A stretch of DNA of 63,144 bases, filler included. It is 5 parts of 5 records of this genome, joined end to end, with 100 filler letters (N's around TTAATTAATTAA, not from the genome) between each part and the next. Parts side by side here need not be neighbours in the genome. Positions count along the whole stretch, not along the records: positions 1 to 15,769 come from SRR22947725_4899; 4 more parts are not named here. One strand, given 5' to 3'. Positions 1-12,806 of this stretch are shown piece after piece (the stretch's first letter is position 1; every line of letters begins with the position of its first letter). Position numbers and translations under genes: made by a program. The notes beneath the pieces are model-generated. The model was not told where the DNA came from. It did not search any database and saw nothing but the letters and a program-made list of their open reading frames with translations.

Positions 1-1166
<1,166 letters not shown>

Positions 1167-2024
1167 TTAATCGACTAGCGCTTCTGCTCCACCAACAATT
1201 TCTAACATTTCTGTGGTAATCGCAGCTTGACGCGCTTTGTTAAATTCTAGTTTTAATTCTTTAATTATTTCTTTTGCATTTTCTGTGGCATTATCCATTG
1301 CAATCATTCTAGCAGCTTCTTCACTACTGTAAGACTCTAACATCTGTTGCCACATTTGTACTTTCAGGTGTTTTGGAAGTAATGATTTAACAATACTTTC
1401 CTTGTTTGGCTCATAATCATAATTATAGTCCTTAGGATTATAATCCTTGGTAAAATCAATTGGCAATACCTTTTCCATCAATAAGTCTTGAGATGCCAAT
1501 GTTTTAAATCTATTATAAATTACATTAACTTCATCTACTTCATGATTTTTAAATGCGGCTATGAATGTTTCAGCAATATCGGATGCTGTATCAAATGTCA
1601 TATCCTTCCAAAAATCATAAAAAGACTGTACTACATTGTAATTTCTTTTACTGAAATATTCTGAAGCTTTTTTTCCTAAACAAAATAACTGTACCTTATC
1701 TTTTCCAAGTTTCTCAATCTCTTTTTCAGCTAATCGAATAACGCTGGAATTAAAAGATCCAGCAAAACCTCTATCGCTCGTTATAATGATTAATGCTGTT
1801 TTTGATACTTTCCTTTTACTGACTAATGCTATATTATCATTAGAAACTTGAGGTAAAATTCTACATATCATGTCTTGTGTATTCTTTGAATAAGGTCGTG
1901 ATATTTCCATTTTATCTTGAGCTTTTTTCACCTTAGCAGCAGCAACCATCTTCATTGCTTTTGTTACCTGCTGAATACTGCTAACAGATTTAATGCGCTC
2001 TTGTAGACTTTTAAGATTTGCCAT
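1167..2024 (-). CDS. atpG: ATP synthase gamma subunit
   Basis: QVTKAMKMVAAAK N-terminus and NKARQAAITTEMLEIVGG C-terminus. Confidence 0.97.
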   Translation of the reverse strand: MANLKSLQERIKSVSSIQQVTKAMKMVAAAKVKKAQDKMEISRPYSKNTQDMICRILPQVSNDNIALVSKRKVSKTALIIITSDRGFAGSFNSSVIRLAEKEIEKLGKDKVQLFCLGKKASEYFSKRNYNVVQSFYDFWKDMTFDTASDIAETFIAAFKNHEVDEVNVIYNRFKTLASQDLLMEKVLPIDFTKDYNPKDYNYDYEPNKESIVKSLLPKHLKVQMWQQMLESYSSEEAARMIAMDNATENAKEIIKELKLEFNKARQAAITTEMLEIVGGAEALVD

Positions 2025-2025
2025 A

Positions 2026-3543
2026 TTAGAAGCTCTTTTTAAATGCCTCGATTGCTTTGTTCATATTTTCAGCTAAATCATCTCCAATATTACCAGTATC
2101 TTCGATTTCCTTAATACATTCAGGAGATTTAGACGCAAAATGTTCAAGTAAGCCAATTTCAAAATCTTTTACAGATTCAAGTTCAATATCATCAAGATAT
2201 CCCTGACTAGCTGCATATATAATTAGAACTTGATTTGCTGTAGACATTGGAACATATTGATTCTGTTTTAGTATCTCTACCATTCGGCGACCTCTAGTAA
2301 TTTGTGCTGCTGTAGCATCATCTAAGTCGGAAGCAAATTTTGCAAAGGCTTCTAGCTCTCTAAATTGTGCTAAATCTAATCTTAATTTACCAGCAATCTT
2401 TTTCATAGCTTTGATTTGTGCACTTCCACCAACTCTTGACACTGATAGTCCAACGTCAACTGCAGGTCTTACTCCACCATTAAATAAATTTGTATCTAAA
2501 TATATCTGTCCATCGGTAATTGATATTACATTAGTTGGAATATATGCAGATACATCTCCTTCTTGAGTTTCAATAACTGGCAATGCGGTTAATGATCCTG
2601 AACCTAAATCTTCAGATAATTTTGATGATCTCTCAAGCAATCTACTATGAAGATAAAATACATCTCCAGGAAATGCCTCTCTACCTGGAGGTCGTCTCAA
2701 TACTAGTGACATTTGTCTATAAGCAGTTGCTTGCTTAGACAAATCATCGTAAACAATTAAACCATGCATTCCATTGTCTCTATAATATTCTCCCATTGCA
2801 CAACCAGAATATGGTGCAATATATTGCAGGGGAGCTGGATCTGATGCATTTGCAACAACAACAGTAGTATATTCCATTGCTCCGTTCGCTTCAAGCTCTC
2901 CAACTAGTTTTGCAACTGTAGATGCTTTTTGGCCAATCGCTACATAAATACAATAAACGGGGCTATCACCCTTGTGAGTAGATTTTTGATTAATAATCGT
3001 ATCAGTAGCAATTGCAGATTTTCCAGTCTGTCTATCACCAATAATCAATTCTCTTTGACCTCTACCAATTGGAATCATACTGTCAATTGATTTTAACCCT
3101 GTCTGTAGTGGTTCTTTTACCGGAAACCTTTGCATTACTCCCAATGCTTTTCTTTCAATTTGAAGTGAATGTTTTGCGTTAATTGGGCCTTTACCATCCA
3201 TTGGAACTCCTAAAGGGTTCACAACTCTTCCCAATAATTCTTTTCCAACAGGGACTTCAACAACCTTGCCCGTTCTTTTTACAGTATCACCTTCTTTTAC
3301 TAGACTACTATCTCCAAAAAGCACTACACCGACATTTTCTTCTTCTAAGTTTAGTGCCATACCAAATACATTATTCGGGAATTCTACCAACTCAGAACTC
3401 ATGACATTACCTAAACCGCTTGTTCTAGCAACACCATCTCCAATTTCAAGAACCTCTCCAACTTCATTAACATCAACATTGTTGTCAATATTCTTTATTT
3501 GGTCGCGTAATAAATCGCCGATTTGATTAGTTTTAATATCCAT
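2026..3543 (-). CDS. atpA: ATP synthase alpha subunit
   Basis: [31 protein letters not shown]. Confidence 0.98.
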   Translation of the reverse strand: MDIKTNQIGDLLRDQIKNIDNNVDVNEVGEVLEIGDGVARTSGLGNVMSSELVEFPNNVFGMALNLEEENVGVVLFGDSSLVKEGDTVKRTGKVVEVPVGKELLGRVVNPLGVPMDGKGPINAKHSLQIERKALGVMQRFPVKEPLQTGLKSIDSMIPIGRGQRELIIGDRQTGKSAIATDTIINQKSTHKGDSPVYCIYVAIGQKASTVAKLVGELEANGAMEYTTVVVANASDPAPLQYIAPYSGCAMGEYYRDNGMHGLIVYDDLSKQATAYRQMSLVLRRPPGREAFPGDVFYLHSRLLERSSKLSEDLGSGSLTALPVIETQEGDVSAYIPTNVISITDGQIYLDTNLFNGGVRPAVDVGLSVSRVGGSAQIKAMKKIAGKLRLDLAQFRELEAFAKFASDLDDATAAQITRGRRMVEILKQNQYVPMSTANQVLIIYAASQGYLDDIELESVKDFEIGLLEHFASKSPECIKEIEDTGNIGDDLAENMNKAIEAFKKSF

Positions 3544-4086
3544 TTATACCCCTATTAATTTTGATTTTGCGTTTTCTAATTTTGTTTTTAAGCTGCTATC
3601 AAATAGCATATCATCAATTTTAATCTTTAATCCCCCGATTAAATCCTGATTGGTTGAAAAATTAATATCGATCTTCTTGCTTGTTATGTCGCTCAGCTTA
3701 TTTGATAATTGATTTTTCATATTTTCATCCATATCTGTAGATGAGGTTATTTCAACATATGCTATATTCAATTTTTCTTTTGCTAAAACTACAAAACTCT
3801 TATTTACGTCAATTAATAAATTCATATCATCGTTTTCAATCATTACCAATAAAACTTCTAGTAAATTTTTATCAAAAACCTCCTTAAAGGCTTCTTTAAA
3901 AATGTTCATTTTCTTACTTAAATCAACTGATTTCGACTTTAGAAATGTATTAATCATTAGATCTTTTTTTGATAAAGCAGTGAGCTCATGTAAGCATACT
4001 TTAATATTTTGAAATGTTTCAAAAGTATCTACACTATTACATAGCGCCTCAGAATATATCTTTATTTTTTTATGATTTTGCTTCAT
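3544..4086 (-). CDS. atpH: ATP synthase delta subunit
   Basis: LIGGLKIKIDDMLFDSSLK C-terminal motif; lies between atpF and atpA. Confidence 0.9.
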   Translation of the reverse strand: MKQNHKKIKIYSEALCNSVDTFETFQNIKVCLHELTALSKKDLMINTFLKSKSVDLSKKMNIFKEAFKEVFDKNLLEVLLVMIENDDMNLLIDVNKSFVVLAKEKLNIAYVEITSSTDMDENMKNQLSNKLSDITSKKIDINFSTNQDLIGGLKIKIDDMLFDSSLKTKLENAKSKLIGV

Positions 4087-4573
4087 CTGTTTTCATTGCA
4101 TCCAGTGAAGACTTAATAAATTTATCATTATCATCATCTTTCACATTTCTTTGTAATATCTTTGAAGCTAAATCAATACTAAGATCAACAACTTCTTCTT
4201 TGATCTCTTTAATTGCTCTCTGCTTCTCGATCTCAATTTTAGATTTTGCATCGACAATAAACTCGTCTGACTTTGCCTTAGCACTTTCTAAAATTTTATT
4301 TGCTGAATCTTCAGCTTTCTGCTTGCTATCAGTTACGATAACTTTGCCTTCTTTTTTGGCTTGATCTAATATTTTTTGTGACTCATCCTTTATTTGCTCT
4401 AAATCAGACTTTGCACTTTCTGCCATTTTCAGAGAATCTGCAATATCCTGCTCTCTCTCTTCAAGAAAATCTAAGAGAGGATTCCATGCAAATCTCTTTA
4501 ATACAAAAAGAACAGTCATAAAAATAAATAATGACCAAATATACGTACCAAGATCTGGTGTTAATAAATCCAT
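4070..4573 (-). CDS. atpF: ATP synthase b subunit
   Basis: N-terminal TM helix, FAWNPLLDFLEERE, long coiled coil. Confidence 0.95.
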   Translation of the reverse strand: MDLLTPDLGTYIWSLFIFMTVLFVLKRFAWNPLLDFLEEREQDIADSLKMAESAKSDLEQIKDESQKILDQAKKEGKVIVTDSKQKAEDSANKILESAKAKSDEFIVDAKSKIEIEKQRAIKEIKEEVVDLSIDLASKILQRNVKDDDNDKFIKSSLDAMKTDEAKS

Positions 4574-4601
4574 ACTTCTTCCTTACGTTTATCGTTTACT
4601 A

Positions 4602-4808
<207 letters not shown>

Positions 4809-5774
4809 TTAATGATCTACGTGTATTGCCATTCCTATAAAAACGGCTGTTAATAAAGCAAATACATAAGCTTGAATTACTGCAACAAGCAGTTCAAGCA
4901 TAGTTAAGCCTAGTGCAAGCGCAACAGAAAAAGGAGCCATAGCAAATCCAGCAAATGGTCCAAGTTCGGCGTTAGCACTAAAAATAAATGTTATAAAAAT
5001 AACTAGGGCTATATGACCTCCCATCATATTTCCAGCTAGCCTTAAGGTTAAAGCTAAAGGTCGTATAAACAGTCCCATAAATTCTATAGGCACTACAATA
5101 AAATATAGTGGCCACGGCAATCCAGAAGGAGCTAAGTTTTTCCAGTGTTGCATGAAACCATATTTCTTAATTCCAGCACCAATAAAAGCAAAGAAAGAAA
5201 TAGTTGCAAGTGCAAATGTAACGTTGATATTTGCAGTAACAGTATTACCTCCTTTAGAAAGTACATAAAGAATATTATATTTTTCTTTAAAAATTTCAAA
5301 TTTGTATCCAAGAGAGCCAATCAGTCCAGAAAGATCAAAAATAGGAATCAGTCCTAAAATATTTGAAAATAGAACAAAAAAGAAAATTGTATATATAAGA
5401 GGAGCCCAGTCTCTATGCTCTTTATCACCGATCGTTGCCTTGAGAACATCCTCTCTCAAATAAACAACCATCATTTCAATCATACTCATAAATTTATTGG
5501 GAATATTTTTTTTGTGAGAAATATAGCTCTGCACTAAAGTCACAATTGTACCTACTGTTATTAATGATACAAAAAATAAAAGGAATACATGTTTGGAAAT
5601 TGCAAAATCAATAGGTAATCCAGCTGCAGATGCTTTTTCTGTTAGAGTAGCTAGAAAATCAAAATCAAAAATATTTTTTTCAGCTAATTTATCGCTATCG
5701 ATGACATGATCTTTAGCATATTGTGCTGCTTTGTCCATTGACCATTTTTCTGCAATTTTTTCACCGACCATCAT
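4809..5774 (-). CDS. atpB: ATP synthase a subunit
   Basis: RPLALTLRLAGNM and IQAYVFALL motifs. Confidence 0.95.
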   Translation of the reverse strand: MMVGEKIAEKWSMDKAAQYAKDHVIDSDKLAEKNIFDFDFLATLTEKASAAGLPIDFAISKHVFLLFFVSLITVGTIVTLVQSYISHKKNIPNKFMSMIEMMVVYLREDVLKATIGDKEHRDWAPLIYTIFFFVLFSNILGLIPIFDLSGLIGSLGYKFEIFKEKYNILYVLSKGGNTVTANINVTFALATISFFAFIGAGIKKYGFMQHWKNLAPSGLPWPLYFIVVPIEFMGLFIRPLALTLRLAGNMMGGHIALVIFITFIFSANAELGPFAGFAMAPFSVALALGLTMLELLVAVIQAYVFALLTAVFIGMAIHVDH

Positions 5775-5832
5775 TGCCGAAATATTAATGAAAACATGTA
5801 AGGAAAAACAGGAAAAAAATTAGAATTTTTAA

Positions 5833-6024
5833 TTATTTTTTTAGAACGTGCTTGTAAGCTGTAACAGATCCATGTATTACTCCACAAATGACAGCAATAT
5901 AAGAGATATTTTTTGTAATGAGGTATCCACAAAATATCCATGCAAGAATAATTCCAAAAAATTCAAAATAAATAGAATAGCTCTCTGACATGATTGAGCT
6001 TAATGATCTTTTAGGACGATTCAT
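5833..6024 (-). CDS. Small membrane protein, probable AtpZ/AtpI (ATPase gene 1) family
   Basis: Two hydrophobic helices, 63 aa, directly upstream of atpB. Confidence 0.55.
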   Translation of the reverse strand: MNRPKRSLSSIMSESYSIYFEFFGIILAWIFCGYLITKNISYIAVICGVIHGSVTAYKHVLKK

Positions 6025-6387
6025 TTACAAATCAAAATCATCTTCAATGATTTCACAGCGTCCAGAAAATTGAGCGCCATCCTGTATCGTTAGTACTTTG
6101 TATTTTAAATCTCCAACCAATTCACATTTTCCTAATAACTCTGCTGAGCCATTAATAAAGACATCTCCTTGAATATATCCATTGATTTGAATCGTTGAAG
6201 CTTTCACATCTCCAAAAATTTTACCCTTCCTTGCTAACTGAATAGCTCCATCGGTAGATACTGAGCCTCTGACTTCTCCGTAAATAGTAATATTACCACT
6301 CAAGGTCATATCGCCGTCAATTTGTACATCTTCAGCTATAATTGTTTGACTATTACTTGATTTATTATTCATTAGCTTCCTCCTCAA
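6025..6387 (-). CDS. Bactofilin (polymer-forming cytoskeletal protein)
   Basis: Beta-helix repeats TIIAEDVQIDGDM...IYGEVRGSV...GAQFSGRC; true start may be the second Met. Confidence 0.92.
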   Translation of the reverse strand: MRRKLMNNKSSNSQTIIAEDVQIDGDMTLSGNITIYGEVRGSVSTDGAIQLARKGKIFGDVKASTIQINGYIQGDVFINGSAELLGKCELVGDLKYKVLTIQDGAQFSGRCEIIEDDFDL

Positions 6388-7111
6388 ATTTATCAGATTT
6401 TTTTGAGAAATCGGGGAAAAAAGTTAGTGGATCAATAGGCACTCCATCTTTCCATATTTCAAAGTGAAGATGAGGGCCGGTAGAAACTCCAGTGTTTCCA
6501 AGTTTGGCAATCAACATTCCTTTATCAATTTTTTCATTTTTTTTCACAAAATTTTCTTGATTATGATAGTAGTGAGAGTAATACCCATTCTGATGATCAA
6601 TAACTACTCCATTTCCAAGCTCTCTAGAAAAATCACTATAAATTACTATACCATTAGCAATGGCGATAATGGGAGTTGATTCATCGCTTACGATATCAAT
6701 GCCAAAGTGTAGAGAGCTTAAATCAAACTCTTTGCTTATAATGCCATTTGCAGGCTTAGTAGTTGGGATATTATCTGTTACCATAAATCTAATGTTATTA
6801 TCTGGCAAAACATTTTGATTGTCAGAAGTAATAATATTTTCAATATAAGACTTCATTAAACCTATGTCTTGTAATGTCTCATCTATATTGTCTATAATCT
6901 CTTTTTGCTGTTTAATCTCTTTGTTAATTGCCGTGATCTGAAAATACTCTTTTACGATAGGTACAGAAAGAAGGATTAACGATAAAGATGCAATAAATGA
7001 AAAAACAATTAGTGATAATCCAGCTAATAGAGTGGGTCTATTAAATTCAGATTGCCATGTCTTATCATTAAAAGGTGAAATGAATAATATTTTATATTTT
7101 TTAAATTTCAT
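6365..7111 (-). CDS. Membrane-anchored M23 family peptidoglycan endopeptidase
   Basis: HFGID (HxxxD) and STGPHLHFE motifs, N-terminal TM plus coiled coil. Confidence 0.92.
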   Translation of the reverse strand: MKFKKYKILFISPFNDKTWQSEFNRPTLLAGLSLIVFSFIASLSLILLSVPIVKEYFQITAINKEIKQQKEIIDNIDETLQDIGLMKSYIENIITSDNQNVLPDNNIRFMVTDNIPTTKPANGIISKEFDLSSLHFGIDIVSDESTPIIAIANGIVIYSDFSRELGNGVVIDHQNGYYSHYYHNQENFVKKNEKIDKGMLIAKLGNTGVSTGPHLHFEIWKDGVPIDPLTFFPDFSKKSDKFEEEANE

Positions 7112-7138
7112 TAATAAATTTATATGTTAAGCAACACA

Positions 7139-7975
7139 CTATTCAAAATCTGACTTTACACTTTTCAGCTTACCAATCACTCGATCCCAAGTTTTTGAAT
7201 CAAAATGAATTTTTACAAACCCTTTCTTTGTTTTCTTATTATTGCTAATAATCACTTTAGTTCCAATAATTCTTGATATTTTACTCTCAATTTGTTTTAT
7301 CTGCTGATCCCATTTTGTATTGTTGGAAGCTGCCGCTTCTACTTTTCTTACAGACATTTTTTCTTTTAGTAAGCGTCTCCAAAGCAGGATCATACCCTGA
7401 GAAGTCTTTTTTTGTAAGATTGCTCTAGCCTGACCTGCATTAATTTGATTCTTAAGAATACTTTCTTGAATTTCTGTAGGCAAATTTAACAATCTCAATG
7501 AATTAGAAACTGCTGGACGAGACTTACCAACTGTTTTTGCAATTTCAGTAATAGAGCTACCTAAATTATCTTTCAAGTATTGATATGCTTTTGCTTGCTC
7601 TATAGCATTTAGATCTTCTCTTTGTATATTTTCAATTAGTGCCATATACATGATATCTTTACTAGAATCTGCATCTATTATATATGCTAAAATCTTTTTT
7701 CTTTTTAGTAATTGATGAGCCCTAAATCTTCTCTCACCTGCTACAATAATGTATTTATTATTTGATGCTTTGACTGTTATAGGGCTTATTAAACCTTTTT
7801 CATCAATCGATTGTGCTAACTGTTTTAATGCTTTTTCATCGAAAACTTTTCTAGGCTGATTTGGGTTAGGTGAAATTTTACTAATAAGGATATTATTTTG
7901 CTCTACATTATCAGACGACTTATTTGGTGTGAGCAATGCACCAATACCTTGCCCTATTTGATTATTTTTTTTCAT
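7139..7975 (-). CDS. parB: Chromosome partitioning protein ParB
   Basis: [41 protein letters not shown]. Confidence 0.95.
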   Translation of the reverse strand: MKKNNQIGQGIGALLTPNKSSDNVEQNNILISKISPNPNQPRKVFDEKALKQLAQSIDEKGLISPITVKASNNKYIIVAGERRFRAHQLLKRKKILAYIIDADSSKDIMYMALIENIQREDLNAIEQAKAYQYLKDNLGSSITEIAKTVGKSRPAVSNSLRLLNLPTEIQESILKNQINAGQARAILQKKTSQGMILLWRRLLKEKMSVRKVEAAASNNTKWDQQIKQIESKISRIIGTKVIISNNKKTKKGFVKIHFDSKTWDRVIGKLKSVKSDFE

Positions 7976-8726
7976 TTATAATTTCCAATGCTAATTCCAT
8001 ATAGTTTTTTGCTCCAGCACAATCAACATCATACATAATAGCTGGCTTTCCATCGTCTGGAGCCTCGGCTAATCTAATATTTCTGCTAATTTTTGTCTTA
8101 AGCAACTTATTTTTAAAATTTGCTTTTAATAAAGCTTCTACTTTTTTTGCTAATCGCAATCTTTTTGTATGCATGGTAATGAGAATACCAAGTATCTTTA
8201 AATCTTTATTAATATTTTCTTGAACCAATTTAATAGTTTCTTGAAGACTTTTTAAGCCTTCTAGCGCAAAAAATTCACTTTGTATAGGTATCAGAATATT
8301 ATTTGATGCCACTAGAACATTCAATGTCAACAATCCTAATGATGGAGGACAATCTATTAAAATAAAATCATAATCTTTTTTTACTTTATTAATTAATCGT
8401 AGTAATTGCTTTTCTCTATTTTGAACTCCAACCAATTCTACTTCACAACCAACTAAGTTATTATCTGACCTAATAAAATCTAGATAATCTAGATTTGTGG
8501 ATGAGATAACGTTCCTCATCGTTTGATTTGCACTTAAAGCGTCATAAATAGAATGACTGCTGTCAATCCCAAAATCTGATAATCCAGTTGTGGCGTTTGC
8601 TTGAGGATCAAAATCAATTAGCAAGGTTTTCTTTTCTAAGATAGCTAAACTTGCAGCTAGATTAATAGCTGTTGTCGTTTTACCAACACCGCCTTTTTGA
8701 TTAATAATTGCTATAGTTTTTTTCAT
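7962..8726 (-). CDS. parA: ParA/Soj ATPase
   Basis: [11 protein letters not shown] deviant Walker A, DPQANAT, DCPPSLG. Confidence 0.96.
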   Translation of the reverse strand: MKKTIAIINQKGGVGKTTTAINLAASLAILEKKTLLIDFDPQANATTGLSDFGIDSSHSIYDALSANQTMRNVISSTNLDYLDFIRSDNNLVGCEVELVGVQNREKQLLRLINKVKKDYDFILIDCPPSLGLLTLNVLVASNNILIPIQSEFFALEGLKSLQETIKLVQENINKDLKILGILITMHTKRLRLAKKVEALLKANFKNKLLKTKISRNIRLAEAPDDGKPAIMYDVDCAGAKNYMELALEIINEKK

Positions 8727-8805
8727 ATGAGCGAAAAAATTTAATTGGTATTCACTCTTAATACAAAGTTTTTAAAAAATCATCACAATTGAGTTAATTT
8801 ACAAT

Positions 8806-9783
8806 ATGAATGATGCAATTTTAATTACGGGATATAATGGAGAAATTGGCACACAAACTCTCCTATCTTTATCTGAAAGACAAATCCCTATTATTGCATT
8901 AGATATTAATAAGTCTGATATAAAATATGATAATGTTGTATACATCAAAGACAGTATTCTTAATGAAAATATCATAAAATCTATTTTTAATGATTACAAC
9001 GTTATTGAAGTATATCATTTTGCTGCTCTTTTAAGTCAATCTGCTAATAATAATCCTGAATTAGCTAATCAAGTAAATGAAAAAGGATCAAAATTAATAA
9101 TCAATACCGCTATGAATCATGGCAAGGAAAATGAAGCGTTTATAAAGATTTTTTTTCCTAGCTCAATCGCAGTGTATGGACCAAGAAAATTAAAAAATGC
9201 TCAGGAATTTGATATTATGAAACCTCAAACTATATATGGACGTAATAAATTAGCCATAGAACAATTTGGAACTCAAAAGCATGAAGAGAGTCTAGGTCTA
9301 GGCTTTGGTATTGATTTTAGATGCTTAAGGTTCCCTGGAATCATAAGTCCATTCACTGTACCATCTGGAGGTACAACTGATTTTGCTCCTCAAATGCTGC
9401 ACGCAGCTTTTAAGAATGAAAACTATACTTGTAAAGTAGATTCATTAACAAGGCTGCCATTCTTAGGGATGAAAAATACAATTAAGGTTATTTTAGATAT
9501 TATGTCTTTTAAGACTATTAACTCAAAACTGAGAGCATTTAATGTGCAAGAAATGAGTTTAAATCCAATAGAAATTATTGAACAACTGCAAAAGGAATTT
9601 CCAAAATTTATTGTGGACTTCAATATAGACTCCAAATTTCAATCTATTGCAGATACATGGCCTGAAAGTTTAAATTGTGATGAAGCTTCAGAAAAATGGA
9701 ATTTTATAAATAAACATAATAATGATGTAACTTTTAAAGAATATTTAATACCAGAAATCAAAAAGCATTATGGCAAACATTAA
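8806..9783 (+). CDS. SDR-type L-threonine 3-dehydrogenase (NAD-dependent epimerase family)
   Basis: ITGYNGEIG, PSSIAVYG, YGRNK, GGTTDFA; overlaps kbl. Confidence 0.85.
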   Translation: MNDAILITGYNGEIGTQTLLSLSERQIPIIALDINKSDIKYDNVVYIKDSILNENIIKSIFNDYNVIEVYHFAALLSQSANNNPELANQVNEKGSKLIINTAMNHGKENEAFIKIFFPSSIAVYGPRKLKNAQEFDIMKPQTIYGRNKLAIEQFGTQKHEESLGLGFGIDFRCLRFPGIISPFTVPSGGTTDFAPQMLHAAFKNENYTCKVDSLTRLPFLGMKNTIKVILDIMSFKTINSKLRAFNVQEMSLNPIEIIEQLQKEFPKFIVDFNIDSKFQSIADTWPESLNCDEASEKWNFINKHNNDVTFKEYLIPEIKKHYGKH

Positions 9784-10948
9784 AAATATTTTAGGAAATC
9801 AACTTGAGCAGATCAAGCAAGATGGTACTTATAAACATGAGCGTATCATTCAAACTCCACAAGAAACTGAAATTGATGTACTTGGGAAAACAGTTATTAA
9901 TTTTTGCGCTAATAATTATTTAGGATTATCGAATGATATTGCTATAAAAAAAGCTGCTATTGAGGCTATCGATGAATGGGGATTCGGTCTAAGTTCTGTT
10001 AGGTTTATCTGTGGTACTCAAACTATTCACAAAGATTTAGAAAATAAAGTAAGTGAATTTCATGGTAAAGAAGATACCATTCTTTATTCTTCATGCTTCG
10101 ATGCTAATGGCGGTTTATTTGAAACCATTCTATCTAAAGAAGATGCTGTATTTTCTGATGAACTAAATCATGCATCCATTATTGATGGTATCAGACTCAG
10201 CAAGGCTGAAAAAAATCGCTATAAACATGCAGATATGGAGCATTTAGAAGAATTACTAAAAAACTCTAATGCCAGACTAAAATTAATTGCAACAGACGGT
10301 GTATTTAGTATGGATGGGGTTGTAGCTCCATTAAAAAATATTGTTATGCTAGCAAAGAAATATGATGCAATGGTAATGGTTGATGATTGTCATGCAACAG
10401 GATTTCTTGGAAATGAAGGCAAAGGTAGTGGAGATTATCATGACGTATTAAATGATATTGATATTATTACATCAACATTTGGAAAAGCCTTAGGTGGAGC
10501 TTCTGGAGGATTTGTATCTGCTTCAAAAGAAATAGTTGAGACTCTAAGACAAAAATCGAGGCCATACTTATTTTCAAACAGCTTGGCTCCTGCCCTAGTT
10601 GCCGCATGCATTAAAGTATTTGATATTATTGAAAACGATCAGAGTCACAAAGAAAGATTAGACAAAAATACTATGTATTTTAGAGAAAAAATTAAACAGC
10701 TTGGTTTTGATATAAAAGGAGTTGACCATCCTATTGTTCCTATTATGATTTATGATGAAAAGAAAGCAGTAAAAATGTCTGAAGAATTATTGAAAAAAAA
10801 TATATATGTCATCGCATTTTCATATCCAGTGGTAGCTACAGGTCAAGCAAGAATTAGAGTGCAAATTTCTTCATCTCATACTTCAGAACAATTAGATTAC
10901 GCACTGCAGGCTTTTCATAATGTTGGAACAGAGTTAAATATAATTTAA
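9770..10948 (+). CDS. kbl: 2-amino-3-ketobutyrate CoA ligase (glycine C-acetyltransferase)
   Basis: NFCANNYLGL, SVRFICGTQ, TFGKALGG PLP lysine, RSRPYLFSN-like motif. Confidence 0.95.
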   Translation: MANIKNILGNQLEQIKQDGTYKHERIIQTPQETEIDVLGKTVINFCANNYLGLSNDIAIKKAAIEAIDEWGFGLSSVRFICGTQTIHKDLENKVSEFHGKEDTILYSSCFDANGGLFETILSKEDAVFSDELNHASIIDGIRLSKAEKNRYKHADMEHLEELLKNSNARLKLIATDGVFSMDGVVAPLKNIVMLAKKYDAMVMVDDCHATGFLGNEGKGSGDYHDVLNDIDIITSTFGKALGGASGGFVSASKEIVETLRQKSRPYLFSNSLAPALVAACIKVFDIIENDQSHKERLDKNTMYFREKIKQLGFDIKGVDHPIVPIMIYDEKKAVKMSEELLKKNIYVIAFSYPVVATGQARIRVQISSSHTSEQLDYALQAFHNVGTELNII

Positions 10949-11008
10949 AAAAATAGTGAAAAAGTATTTGAAAGTATTAAATTCTTTTCACTTTAAAGTA
11001 AATAAGAT

Positions 11009-12805
11009 ATGAACAATACATTAAGAACACGATTACTATCAATTCTATTTATTTTTGGATTAGGGATTTATGCTCTTTTTCCATCAATTAGATATTTATT
11101 GTTAAGTGATGAAGCAAAAAGTGACTTATCAAAAGATGAGATTGCATACTTTGAATCAAAAACTATTAAACAAGGACTTGACTTAAAAGGTGGCATATAT
11201 ATTGTACTCGAGGTAGATCTTCCTCAGCTCGTTAGCAGTCTTGCAAAGAATAAAGATAAAAATTTTGATAGATTCCTTGACGAACTAAGTAAGGAATATA
11301 GAAATAATAGTACTGATTTTTTTACTGTCTTTGAAGAAAAAGCAGAACAGCAAAATTTAAAATTACCTAGATATTTTATTAGCTATGGTAAAACAAAAGA
11401 ACAAATTATTGAGCAGTTAAGTCTCCAATCAACAGATTCAATTAATCGTATTATTGAAATTATCCAAAATCGTGTAGATCAATTTGGAGTATCTGAACCT
11501 ACAATTCAAAAACAAGGCAACAATAGAGTTGTTGTTGAGTTAGCTGGTATTCAAGATTCTGAACGTGCAAGAGAGTTATTACAAAGTACAGCTTTATTAG
11601 AGTTAATGATTGTAAAAGACGTAGAAAGTACTAATACGATTGTAAGACAAATTGATAATCTTACATCTACTAACATTGAATCAGATAGTGATAATGTTGA
11701 TCAATTATTTAATAGTGATGGCTCTGGAAATAATGATTTAGGATTTTCTTCTTTATTGATAGCAGTTGGTGGTAATGACTTAGCTATTTCTTCAGAAAAC
11801 TTGCCTGCACTCAAAAACATATTAAATAAAGACAGTGTTAAACAAGTATTAGATGCTACTGGTAGTTTATTTCTTACCGGAAATTCCCCTGAAACTTTAA
11901 TCAACGATTTTGGTGAAGAAGAAGAAGTCTATCTACTATATCACTTAGTTGATAATGCAGAATTGACAGGTGGTGTAATAGAAGATGCTCAAATGAGATT
12001 AAGTCAATCTGGAGTGAGCGCTGGACAAGCTACAGTACAAGTTGAAATGAATAACGAAGGCTCAAGAGAGTGGTCAAGAATCACCGGAGTGAATATCAAT
12101 AAAAGAATTGCTATTGTATTAGATAGAAAAGTACACATGGCTCCAGTAATCAGAAGTCAAATTTTTGGTGGAGGAACCGTTATTGAAGGAATGGACTCAA
12201 TTCAAGAAGCAGAAGATATTGCTATTGTATTACGTGCAGGTGCATTACCAGTTCCTGTAACAATCGTAGACCAAAGAGTAGTAGGTCCTTCACTTGGCGC
12301 TGACTCTGTTAGCGCAGGTACGTCATCTATAATGATAGGTCTATTATTAATCGTGCTATTTATTGTATTTTATTATCGAGCATCTGGACTAATTGCAAGT
12401 TTTTCTCTTTTATGGACATTAATATTATTATTGGGAGTTCTAGCATTACTAGAAGCGACTTTAACTTTACCTGGTATAGCAGCACTTATCTTAACCGTAG
12501 GAATGTCTGTTGATGCTAATGTAATTATCTTTGAAAGAATTAAAGAAGAGTTAAGAAATGGTAAGTCTGTAAGATCTGCAATAGACTCAGGTTATGAAAG
12601 AGCTATTACTACGATTGTTGATGCGAATTTAACAACAGGAATTGCAGCAGCTGTATTATATCAATATGGCAGTGGTCCAATTAAAGGATTTGCTACAGTA
12701 TTATTCTGGGGTATCATTGTAAGTATGTTTACTGCAATTATAGTAACAAGGTTTGTTTTTGACTTTATAACATCTAGAAAAAATATAGAGAAGCTGAGTA
12801 TCTAA
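11009..12805 (+). CDS. secD: Protein translocase subunit SecD
   Basis: GLDLKGG, RVDQFGVSEP, VDANVIIFERIKEE. Confidence 0.96.
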   Translation: MNNTLRTRLLSILFIFGLGIYALFPSIRYLLLSDEAKSDLSKDEIAYFESKTIKQGLDLKGGIYIVLEVDLPQLVSSLAKNKDKNFDRFLDELSKEYRNNSTDFFTVFEEKAEQQNLKLPRYFISYGKTKEQIIEQLSLQSTDSINRIIEIIQNRVDQFGVSEPTIQKQGNNRVVVELAGIQDSERARELLQSTALLELMIVKDVESTNTIVRQIDNLTSTNIESDSDNVDQLFNSDGSGNNDLGFSSLLIAVGGNDLAISSENLPALKNILNKDSVKQVLDATGSLFLTGNSPETLINDFGEEEEVYLLYHLVDNAELTGGVIEDAQMRLSQSGVSAGQATVQVEMNNEGSREWSRITGVNINKRIAIVLDRKVHMAPVIRSQIFGGGTVIEGMDSIQEAEDIAIVLRAGALPVPVTIVDQRVVGPSLGADSVSAGTSSIMIGLLLIVLFIVFYYRASGLIASFSLLWTLILLLGVLALLEATLTLPGIAALILTVGMSVDANVIIFERIKEELRNGKSVRSAIDSGYERAITTIVDANLTTGIAAAVLYQYGSGPIKGFATVLFWGIIVSMFTAIIVTRFVFDFITSRKNIEKLSI

Positions 12806-12806
12806 A

